DNA of 64,000 nucleotides from contig OZ176053.1 in assembly GCA_964247055.1 (NCBI GenBank), positions 4,712,001-4,776,000 of the forward strand. Reading direction: 5' to 3'. The position numbers and the translations under genes are program-made. Origin of the DNA: Paragordius varius. Taxonomy: Eukaryota > Animalia > Nematomorpha. Shown piece after piece: positions 28,201-40,400 of this stretch. The notes under the pieces are model-generated. The model made no database searches. It saw only the letters and a list, made by a program, of their open reading frames with translations, and was not told where the DNA came from. Numbering within the stretch: the stretch's first letter is position 1; each line of letters opens with the position of its first letter.

Positions 28201-31200
28201 ATTGACTTAACCCATTTTTCACACGGGGTGGGCCCGAACTGGGGACCTAATTCCAAAAAAGGGCGAAGCTATTGTCGGGGCATTCATTAATGTTTATATT
28301 TTTTCGATATTTGGATTTGATTGGGATCACCGGTTTTCCGGAAACAGTTCACAAAGTTATATGAAAAATCAGTTTTTAGCGGGTAGCTCCTTACCCAGCA
28401 GCTATCATCAAATAAACGGTGGACTAAAATTTTTGCCTTTTAACAGGGAATACGTGGAATCTTTATTGAATTTTTAAGGTCTCATACCTAGGACGAAAAA
28501 TCGATTTAAAAAATTATTTTTGTGGACTTTGTTTTTTGAAAAAAATGGCATTTTACGGGGGGAGCGGGTAAAAAGAGGGCCTAAATCAAAAAAGTGGCTC
28601 GACTATGTTCGGCGCAATCGAAAATAAGTAAACAAAATTCATATTTGAAATTGAATGGTCCAACACGTTCTCCAAAAAATTGACTTAACCCATTTTTCAC
28701 ACGGGGTGGGCCCAAACTGGGGACCTAATTCCAAAAAAGGGCGAAGCTATTGTCGGGGCATTCATTAATGTTTATATTTTTTCGATATTTGGATTTGATT
28801 GGGTCTACCGGTTTTCCTGTACCAGATCACAAAGCCAGCATTTTCCATTTTTATAAATATATAGATGAGGATAAATAATGTATTAATATCCATATATCTT
28901 TTAACATGCTATACATATGATAGATACTCCTTACTCAGCAGCTATCATCAAAGAAACGCTTGACTAAAATTTTTGCCTTTTAACAGGCAATACGAAAAAT
29001 CTTTCTCGAATTTTTACAGTCTCATACCGTGGACAAAAAAATACAATCAAAAAAATATTTTTGTGGACTTTGTTTTTTTTGAAAAAAATGGCATTTTACG
29101 GGGGGAGCGGGTAAAAAGAGGGCCTAAATCAAAAAAGTGACTCGACTATGTTCAGCGCGATCAATATTAAGTAAACAAATTTCATATTTGAAATTGAATG
29201 GTCCAACACGTTCTCCAAAAAATTGACTTAACCCATTTTTCACACGGGGTGGGCCCGAACTGGGGACCTAATTCCAAAAAAGGGCGAAGCTATTGTCGGG
29301 GCATTCATTAATGTTTATATTTTTTCGATATTTGGATTTGATTGGGATCACCGGTTTTCCGGAAACAGTTCACAAAGTTATATGAAAAATCAGTTTTTAG
29401 CGGGTAGCTCCTTACCCAGCAGCTATCATCAAATAAACGGTGGACTAAAATTTTTGCCTTTTAACAGGGAATACGTGGAATCTTTATTGAATTTTTAAGG
29501 TCTCATACCTAGGACGAAAAATCGATTTAAAAAATTATTTTTGTGGACTTTGTTTTTTGAAAAAAATGGCATTTTACGGGGGGAGCGGGTAAAAAGAGGG
29601 CCTAAATCAAAAAAGTGGCTCGACTATGTTCGGCGCAATCGAAAATAAGTAAACAAAATTCATATTTGAAATTGAATGGTCCAACACGTTCTCCAAAAAA
29701 TTGACTTAACCCATTTTTCACACGGGGTGGGCCCAAACTGGGGACCTAATTCCAAAAAAGGGCGAAGCTATTGTCGGGGCATTCATTAATGTTTATATTT
29801 TTTCGATATTTGGATTTGATTGGGTCTACCGGTTTTCCTGTACCAGATCACAAAGCCAGCATTTTCCATTTTTATAAATATATAGATGAGGATAAATAAT
29901 GTATTAATATCCATATATCTTTTAACATGCTATACATATGATAGATACTCCTTACTCAGCAGCTATCATCAAAGAAACGCTTGACTAAAATTTTTGCCTT
30001 TTAACAGGCAATACGAAAAATCTTTCTCGAATTTTTACAGTCTCATACCGTGGACAAAAAAATACAATCAAAAAAATATTTTTGTGGACTTTGTTTTTTT
30101 GAAAAAAATGGCATTTTACGGGGGGAGCGGGTAAAAAGAGGGCCTAAATCAAAAAAGTGACTCGACTATGTTCAGCGCGATCAAAATTAAGTAAACAAAA
30201 TTCATATTTGAAATTGAATGGTCCAACACGTTCTCCAAAAAATTGACTTAACCCATTTTTCACACGGGGTGGGCCCGAACTGGGGACCTAATTCCAAAAA
30301 AGGGCGAAGCTATTGTCGGGGCATTCATTAATGTTTATATTTTTTCGATATTTGGATTTGATTGGGATCACCGGTTTTCCGGAAACAGTTCACAAAGTTA
30401 TATGAAAAATCAGTTTTTAGCGGGTAGCTCCTTACCCAGCAGCTATCATCAAATAAACGGTGGACTAAAATTTTTGCCTTTTAACAGGGAATACGTGGAA
30501 TCTTTATTGAATTTTTAAGGTCTCATACCTAGGACGAAAAATCGATTTAAAAAATTATTTTTGTGGACTTTGTTTTTTGAAAAAAATGGCATTTTACGGG
30601 GGGAGCGGGTAAAAAGAGGGCCTAAATCAAAAAAGTGGCTCGACTATGTTCGGCGCAATCGAAAATAAGTAAACAAAAATCATATTTGAAATTGAATGGT
30701 CCAACACGTTCTCCGGAAAATTGTCTCAAAAACACGATTTTGTGGACTTCTGTTTTCAAAAAAAACCGTTTTTCATACGGGGTGGGCCCGAACTGGGGGC
30801 CTATTTCAAAAAAAGGGCGAAGCTATTGTCGGGACATTTATTAATGATTATATTTTTTCGATATTTGGATTTGATTGGGTCTACCGGTTTTCCTGTACCA
30901 GATCACAAAGCCAGCATTTTCCATTTTTATAAATATATAGATGAGGATAAATAATGTATTAATATCCATATATCTTTTAACATGCTATACATATGATAGA
31001 TACTCCTTACTCAGCAGCTATCATCAAAGAAACGCTTGACTAAAATTTTTGCCTTTTAACAGGCAATACGGAAAATCTTTCTCAAATTTTTACAGTCTCA
31101 TACCGTGGACAAAAAAATACAATCAAAAAAATATTTTTGTGGACTTTGTTTTTTTTGAAAAAAATGGCATTTTACGGGGGGAGCGGGTAAAAAGAGGGCC

Positions 31201-34200
31201 TAAATCAAAAAAGTGACTCGACTATGTTCAGCGCGATCAAAATTAAGTAAACAAAATTCATATTTGAAATTGAATGGTCCAACACGTTCTCCAAAAAATT
31301 GACTTAACCCATTTTTCACACGGGGTGGGCCCGAACTGGGGACCTAATTCCAAAAAAGGGCGAAGCTATTGTCGGGGCATTCATTAATGTTTATATTTTT
31401 TCGATATTTGGATTTGATTGGGATCACCGGTTTTCCGGAAACAGTTCACAAAGTTATATGAAAAATCAGTTTTTAGCGGGTAGCTCCTTACCCAGCAGCT
31501 ATCATCAAATAAACGGTGGACTAAAATTTTTGCCTTTTAACAGGGAATACGTGGAATCTTTATTGAATTTTTAAGGTCTCATACCTAGGACGAAAAATCG
31601 ATTTAAAAAATTATTTTTGTGGACTTTGTTTTTTGAAAAAAATGGCATTTTACGGGGGGAGCGGGTAAAAAGAGGGCCTAAATCAAAAAAGTGGCTCGAC
31701 TATGTTCGGCGCAATCGAAAATAAGTAAACAAAATTCATATTTGAAATTGAATGGTCCAACACGTTCTCCAAAAAATTGACTTAACCCATTTTTCACACG
31801 GGGTGGGCCCAAACTGGGGACCTAATTCCAAAAAAGGGCGAAGCTATTGTCGGGGCATTCATTAATGTTTATATTTTTTCGATATTTGGATTTGATTGGG
31901 TCTACCGGTTTTCCTGTACCAGATCACAAAGCCAGCATTTTCCATTTTTATAAATATATAGATGAGGATAAATAATGTATTAATATCCATATATCTTTTA
32001 ACATGCTATACATATGATAGATACTCCTTACTCAGCAGCTATCATCAAAGAAACGCTTGACTAAAATTTTTGCCTTTTAACAGGCAATACGAAAAATCTT
32101 TCTCGAATTTTTACAGTCTCATACCGTGGACAAAAAAATACAATCAAAAAAATATTTTTGTGGACTTTGTTTTTTTGAAAAAAATGGCATTTTACGGGGG
32201 GAGCGGGTAAAAAGAGGGCCTAAATCAAAAAAGTGACTCGACTATGTTCAGCGCGATCAAAATTAAGTAAACAAAATTCATATTTGAAATTGAATGGTCC
32301 AACACGTTCTCCAAAAAATTGACTTAACCCATTTTTCACACGGGGTGGGCCCGAACTGGGGACCTAATTCCAAAAAAGGGCGAAGCTATTGTCGGGGCAT
32401 TCATTAATGTTTATATTTTTTCGATATTTGGATTTGATTGGGATCACCGGTTTTCCGGAAACAGTTCACAAAGTTATATGAAAAATCAGTTTTTAGCGGG
32501 TAGCTCCTTACCCAGCAGCTATCATCAAATAAACGGTGGACTAAAATTTTTGCCTTTTAACAGGGAATACGTGGAATCTTTATTGAATTTTTAAGGTCTC
32601 ATACCTAGGACGAAAAATCGATTTAAAAAATTATTTTTGTGGACTTTGTTTTTTGAAAAAAATGGCATTTTACGGGGGGAGCGGGTAAAAAGAGGGCCTA
32701 AATCAAAAAAGTGGCTCGACTATGTTCGGCGCAATCGAAAATAAGTAAACAAAAATCATATTTGAAATTGAATGGTCCAACACGTTCTCCGGAAAATTGT
32801 CTCAAAAACACGATTTTGTGGACTTCTGTTTTCAAAAAAAAACCCGTTTTTCATACGGGGTGGGCCCGAACTGGGGGCCTATTTCAAAAAAAGGGCGAAG
32901 CTATTGTCGGGACATTTATTAATGATTATATTTTTTCGATATTTGGATTTGATTGGGTCTACCGGTTTTCCTGTACCAGATCACAAAGCCAGCATTTTCC
33001 ATTTTTATAAATATATAGATGAGGATAAATAATGTATTAATATCCATATATCTTTTAACATGCTATACATATGATAGATACTCCTTACTCAGCAGCTATC
33101 ATCAAAGAAACGCTTGACTAAAATTTTTGCCTTTTAACAGGCAATACGAAAAATCTTTCTCGAATTTTTACAGTCTCATACCGTGGACAAAAAAATACAA
33201 TCAAAAAAATATTTTTGTGGACTTTGTTTTTTTTGAAAAAAATGGCATTTTACGGGGGGAGCGGGTAAAAAGAGGGCCTAAATCAAAAAAGTGACTCGAC
33301 TATGTTCAGCGCGATCAAAATTAAGTAAACAAAATTCATATTTGAAATTGAATGGTCCAACACGTTCTCCAAAAAATTGACTTAACCCATTTTTCACACG
33401 GGGTGGGCCCGAACTGGGGACCTAATTCCAAAAAAGGGCGAAGCTATTGTCGGGGCATTCATTAATGTTTATATTTTTTCGATATTTGGATTTGATTGGG
33501 ATCACCGGTTTTCCGGAAACAGTTCACAAAGTTATATGAAAAATCAGTTTTTAGCGGGTAGCTCCTTACCCAGCAGCTATCATCAAATAAACGGTGGACT
33601 AAAATTTTTGCCTTTTAACAGGGAATACGTGGAATCTTTATTGAATTTTTAAGGTCTCATACCTAGGACGAAAAATCGATTTAAAAAATTATTTTTGTGG
33701 ACTTTGTTTTTTGAAAAAAATGGCATTTTACGGGGGGAGCGGGTAAAAAGAGGGCCTAAATCAAAAAAGTGGCTCGACTATGTTCGGCGCAATCGAAAAT
33801 AAGTAAACAAAATTCATATTTGAAATTGAATGGTCCAACACGTTCTCCAAAAAATTGACTTAACCCATTTTTCACACGGGGTGGGCCCAAACTGGGGACC
33901 TAATTCCAAAAAAGGGCGAAGCTATTGTCGGGGCATTCATTAATGTTTATATTTTTTCGATATTTGGATTTGATTGGGTCTACCGGTTTTCCTGTACCAG
34001 ATCACAAAGCCAGCATTTTCCATTTTTATAAATATATAGATGAGGATAAATAATGTATTAATATCCATATATCTTTTAACATGCTATACATATGATAGAT
34101 ACTCCTTACTCAGCAGCTATCATCAAAGAAACGCTTGACTAAAATTTTTGCCTTTTAACAGGCAATACGAAAAATCTTTCTCGAATTTTTACAGTCTCAT

Positions 34201-37200
34201 ACCGTGGACAAAAAAATACAATCAAAAAAATATTTTTGTGGACTTTGTTTTTTTGAAAAAAATGGCATTTTACGGGGGGAGCGGGTAAAAAGAGGGCCTA
34301 AATCAAAAAAGTGACTCGACTATGTTCAGCGCGATCAAAATTAAGTAAACAAAATTCATATTTGAAATTGAATGGTCCAACACGTTCTCCAAAAAATTGA
34401 CTTAACCCATTTTTCACACGGGGTGGGCCCGAACTGGGGACCTAATTCCAAAAAAGGGCGAAGCTATTGTCGGGGCATTCATTAATGTTTATATTTTTTC
34501 GATATTTGGATTTGATTGGGATCACCGGTTTTCCGGAAACAGTTCACAAAGTTATATGAAAAATCAGTTTTTAGCGGGTAGCTCCTTACCCAGCAGCTAT
34601 CATCAAATAAACGGTGGACTAAAATTTTTGCCTTTTAACAGGGAATACGTGGAATCTTTATTGAATTTTTAAGGTCTCATACCTAGGACGAAAAATCGAT
34701 TTAAAAAATTATTTTTGTGGACTTTGTTTTTTGAAAAAAATGGCATTTTACGGGGGGAGCGGGTAAAAAGAGGGCCTAAATCAAAAAAGTGGCTCGACTA
34801 TGTTCGGCGCAATCGAAAATAAGTAAACAAAAATCATATTTGAAATTGAATGGTCCAACACGTTCTCCGGAAAATTGTCTCAAAAACACGATTTTGTGGA
34901 CTTCTGTTTTCAAAAAAAACCCGTTTTTCATACGGGGTGGGCCCGAACTGGGGGCCTATTTCAAAAAAAGGGCGAAGCTATTGTCGGGACATTTATTAAT
35001 GATTATATTTTTTCGATATTTGGATTTGATTGGGTCTACCGGTTTTCCTGTACCAGATCACAAAGCCAGCATTTTCCATTTTTATAAATATATAGATTAT
35101 TTAAATTCAGTCCGTAATATATCAATTTTATAATTTAGTTGTTCGTACCTTTTGAAAAGATTATGGTGAATTCTAAAAACTCTTTGAAAGATATTCGGCC
35201 GTTTTTGTCTTTATCCACGAGGGTGAACATATTTTTGACGAAAGTCGATGATTCTTTTAACGCTAATGCTTCGGCAAATTCTTGGGGAGTCAGTTCGCAC
35301 TGTAATAATCGTTTTAATTTGGTTTGTAACGTTTTACCTCTGTTTAAATGTAAAAAATTATTTTGTAATGATCAACATTTTGAGTTAGATTATTAGGTTT
35401 ATTATTTAATATTACTGCTTTTCACTGATTTGTTTAATTCCCCTTTGGTTGTCATATGTCGTTTCTTGATTAGATCCAATGGACGTATTTAAAGAACATT
35501 TTTTTACTGTGAAAATTCGCTTCACTTTTCGACATATATTGTATTTGGCATATCTTGAAATTATGGAATCCATTGCATAGTTTTCTAAATTTTGGTCATC
35601 GTCTACCTCGTTTGTTAAGATTTGATCCACGTTAAAGTTTTCATCAAATGCCTAAATTAAATATATAATAAGTAAGCATTTAAAAGTAGTGTTTTCTTTG
35701 AGAAAACTTGACAATTTCTATATTAAATAATATTAATACAGTTTTTTTAAACCTCATAAATCTTATTTTTCCAATTAACATGGTTAGTAATATTATATTT
35801 GTAGGATCATATTTAGTTTGGACTTAAATGGCCAAACATTAACAAAAATTGGTTATTGTATTATTATATTCGCCTTTATCAATTATTTTATATAAATATG
35901 GTAAAAGATCAACGCAATAATAGACAAATTAGTTTTTAGCAAAAATTAAATTACTAATGAGAAGGCTGTCTTGAAGAACATATCCAATTGTTTAACTCTA
36001 TCCTTACGAGTAAAAGCGATTTCGAACAAAAGTTTTCGCGAACTGACTTCGTGCTGGAACAAATGGGTGCCGGACACATCAGAAAATTGTTGGATTTCAT
36101 TTTGAAAATTGAGGAATGACGTTTTGTCATGAAAGTGCAAAATCTAAAATGAAGAAAATTAAAGGGCTTAATAAAAAAGAATTGACAAATCTTGATCTTA
36201 AGTTACCAGACTTATTTAATACTTTAATTTTGGGATCATTTAATTTCCATGATCGAATATAAATATTATATATTTAAAAATATAATAATTTATTTTTGGT
36301 ATCAAGACAATTGGTTTTGAGAATTTGAATTTAACCAAATTAATTTTTCAATGAACCCAAAACCAAAACTTAATGTCACAATGGTCACAATGATTTGACC
36401 ACAAATCAAAAGGTAGAGAATTCCTTCAAACGTTAGAAATTTAAAGGGGAACAAATATTTGAGTGGCTACTGACATACAACTACCTACCCCAACCTTTAT
36501 TGTGTACAACAGAAAAAAACATGTTGATCCAAATTTTCCATGATATTTAATTTTTTGTCAACCATACACAATATAAAATAGGTTTAAAACATAAAATTTA
36601 TCTTACAAATTGTTTATAACAGTTTTTATAGTATTTGAGACGATCATATTATTATCACAAAATATTAAAATAGTATGTAATATTTAATTGTAAAATTCTT
36701 ACATGGTCATACTCTTTTGGAATTTTGAGAAGCAAATAAAAATGGTTAGACCGGTTCTCTTTGATTGTATAAACCTCAATATGCGAAAGTTGATCAAAGT
36801 TTATGACTCTTGTGTATGGTTCCCGGCGTTCGCCATACAGATTAATTGTAAAATTTTGTGGATTAAAACATATGACTATGGGAGAAAATTTATTTGTTTC
36901 CATCCATTCATCGGCTAAAACAAAACATTTTAGATAAAATACTTGTCAATGCTCAAATATTAGTTAAACATATCAATAAGTTAAAATACCGTTAAACCTA
37001 AAATTTACCTTTGAGCAATTCAAATTCACCATAAAAATAAAATATTGTTTTTTGGCAAATCCTTATTGATATAAATTTTTCGTTTATAGTTTATTTTTAA
37101 ACAAAACTTTATTTTTAAAATCATCCAAAAACGTAATTTATTTTTAGGGTGAGTGTTTAAAATGTTTAAGAGTAAATTTAATATGTTCAATGGTTAAATG

Positions 37201-37366
37201 AAAAATAATATCTTAACAAGGGTGTGCACCAGCTAAGAATGTGGTCCTTGACAATGAATAACCAGTCAAAAAGAAGTATCATATGATAAATTGTCAATTA
37301 AATTAAGTTTATTTTTAGCATTTATTAAATAATTACTTACGACCATAATACTTTTTTATCTGATGA

Positions 37367-37411
<45 letters not shown>

Positions 37412-40400
37412 TTTAATGTTATTGTACAATACTTACCAGATATATTAGCATCTCTACACTTTATGCGCGGCCGGCACTCCATAAACTTAAGAGCAGTTTT
37501 TTCTCGTTTTCTTGCCATAACATACATGATCATTAGTGTGCCTATTTAAAAATGCATATAATTGAAGTTTCAATAATGCGACATGTTATTTAATTATATC
37601 TTAAATAATTCAATATATATTTTAAAAGGTTTATGCAAATATATGCAATATAATAATAATTTTAAAATTACCCAAAATAACTAATCCCAACAAGAAAAAG
37701 GATAAAATGAACGATATCTCACTTCCCTCAAAATAGTCTATAATGTAAGTCGGTTGACATTGTTCGATTGTATCAGGTTTGCCCAAAACTGGGTCATTGA
37801 TAAATTCTTTAAATAAAAATATTATCATTGTTAAAATATTTTTTAACAAGGGTACGTAGAGTATAAATAACAGTCTTTGTAAGTTAAAAACATCATCTAA
37901 AAATTTATAGCAAACAATGCATTTATACCCGAAACAAATGGATTTTTTTGGATTGCTTTTCTAGTTATACGAGTCGTTTTTAGTATAATATCACGCATAC
38001 TCAAACTTTGAATAGCTTTATATTCGGATTCAGTGAATAACCTAAATATTTTTGTACGGGTAAAATGTAACTCTATAATAGAAAATAAATATTCTCATTA
38101 ATTTTTACCCATTTTGGCGGTAGTTTTCGAACCAAAATCTATCACCATCTCTAATGCGCAAAAAATTGTTTAATATTATGGTTTGAAGCAATGGTCCAAT
38201 TGAATTCGTACCATTTATTTCCGCTAAACTGCCCGTTATGGCATCAATAAACTCTCCGTTCTAGATGGATAATAAACATTTTTCGAACAATATTGACAGT
38301 TGTTATAATCATATAAATTTAGGACTTCAGTTTGATCAGTTTAAACGTATTTTTTAAATTTTTTAAACACATGATAATAAAGCAATAATTATTGTGTGTC
38401 ACTTATTCATTTTGCCATTTTTTTAAGATAGTTACGTAACAAATAAGAAATAAAAAATTATTTGTGGGAATACCTAAATAGCTAAAGCTTTGGCTTTAAA
38501 TTTAGTTTTACCCTTAAAGATCAGACATTTAGCTTAAATTTTGCCGGCTTATGAAAGCAAATTAAGATTTTATTTCACGATTTTATCATTTTGACATGCT
38601 ATATGGATTTGCATTTACATTCAAATCATTTGACAATTCCGACCCAAAATATTGAAAATAAAATATATTTTCTTTAGATTTCGAGTCATACTAAGAAACA
38701 TATAAAGTTAGTTTATTAAAGATGACACGTTATAACCTGACGGCCATTTTCAAGGGGCAACCCTAATTGTCTTGATAACTCATGGTAGCCTGTCACACCC
38801 ATGTCCATAGATTTTACCAATTGTTGGACAATATAATCAGTTTGAGACAAACCATTACCTTTGCCATAAAATCTTTCTAAGCATATTTTTGAAAAAATAT
38901 TTTATTTAAATTTTTTGGTTACATGGTGTCTGTAAAAGAAATATTATAAATATTTTTTATTAAAGCGTCAAGAGATGAATCAGTTGGGTTCGGTCTAACG
39001 GTTATAAATGCAATATGCTTCACTGCGGTCACTTATAAAAAAATATTAAAAATTTTGAACATACGTTTATCATGTAAGTTAATATAAAATAATTGCACAA
39101 ATTTAATTTAAAGTTAATTAATCGTAGAATATTGAACATCGGTTTTTATTTGTCGTTTAGATTGTTAGCTATTAAAAGCAATTAATCAATATTAATCATT
39201 TTCAATTTTTTTATAAATCGCTGCTCTGTTTGTTAAATTACACTTTAAAGGTTAATAAACGAATATTTAAACTTGTTTCATAAATTAAATTAATACCATG
39301 CCTTTCATGTCTGGAACTACGAGAAGGTCTTCAGCTAACCCATTTTGTTTGACCATTCCCATGATAATTGAATCAACAGATAGTTTTTGAAATTTTTCAG
39401 TGGCCCAGAATGAGTTACACAGTCGTAAATAAGTACTTTTTGAATTCTCACTATGGTATTTAATTAAAATAACCCCTTATACATAATTAAAACTTTATTA
39501 AAACAGGGTAAAAAATTTACTTTTTTGTAATTATTAATGATGGGACCATGGAAGCCAAGTAGGTGGGCACAATAGCGGAAAACTCAATGCTAATAGCTGG
39601 GTCAATATGTGGATTGTAACCTAGGCGTTAAAATTACATAATTAAATACGCAATTTTTTTAGTTGTTCTCGCTATAATATTATAAAAATATTATAAACAT
39701 CAATATTGAGTAAATTATAACATAAAAATAGATATCCAAATGTATCGCAATTTTATCCTATAAACTCTTATATTTGATAGCAGAAACGTAAATCGCGGTT
39801 TATGCTGGAGCGGGTTTTTTTACTATTTTGAATTTTTTACATAACTCCTATTTTAAGGAAAAATAGTATGGAATAACACTATAGTTTTTTTTAGTATTTT
39901 TCATTTTAGATCATAAAAAAATGTTTTAGATTTTGTTATTTGACGATAAATTTTAAACTGAATATACGGTAGTTTATGTTATTTTTTATAGATTTTATTG
40001 AAAGTTTATAGCTATTACTGCAATAATTAAATTTTAATACCATGTCTCAATGCTAATTAAAAACCTTGATAATCTGGAATAAGCTTGGCGGGGGCATTTA
40101 GCATAACCGGTAACCATTCGTACAAAACTATTTTCTAAATTTGTGCATAAATATTTGTCCAATATAAAAAATACTATTAAAGATACGTGAAATTTTAGTA
40201 TTAAGTATTATTTGTAGTTAAATAATAATTTGCGCTTCAACATAAACTAAATATCTACGTCATAGTAATATTACAGTTGTCCGCCAGAATTAAATAGAGT
40301 TTTTGTGGATTTTATCCATATCCGCAAAAATTAATACAAAATTCTTAGAGTTTCTTCGTGGTCCAACAACTGATTTTGTATAAAAATTAAAAGATTTATA

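Noticed and set aside
20046-35096. CRISPR-like or rDNA-spacer interpretation of the array
   Set aside because: There are no unique spacers, units are 480-577 bp and near-identical, no cas or rRNA sequence is present, and the ends are Helitron termini.
24258-35133. Repeated 69-114 aa ORFs in the array (MARLCSAQ..., MVQHVLRK..., MSQKHDF...)
   Set aside because: They occur in all three frames of the same C-type repeat, change with homopolymer length, mostly begin at non-ATG codons and show no protein motif. They are by-products of the repeat.
38261-38277. Possible 17-nt intron GTTTATTATCCATCTAG (minus strand) adding an [15 protein letters not shown] exon to Duox
   Set aside because: No phase-compatible upstream donor/acceptor pair exists, and exons 11 and 12 already join in frame.
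40053-40064. 12-nt GT...AG just after Duox exon 7, followed by TTAGCATTGAG that recurs in exon 8
   Set aside because: It is not needed for the frame, is too short, and an 11-nt match is plausible by chance in AT-rich DNA.
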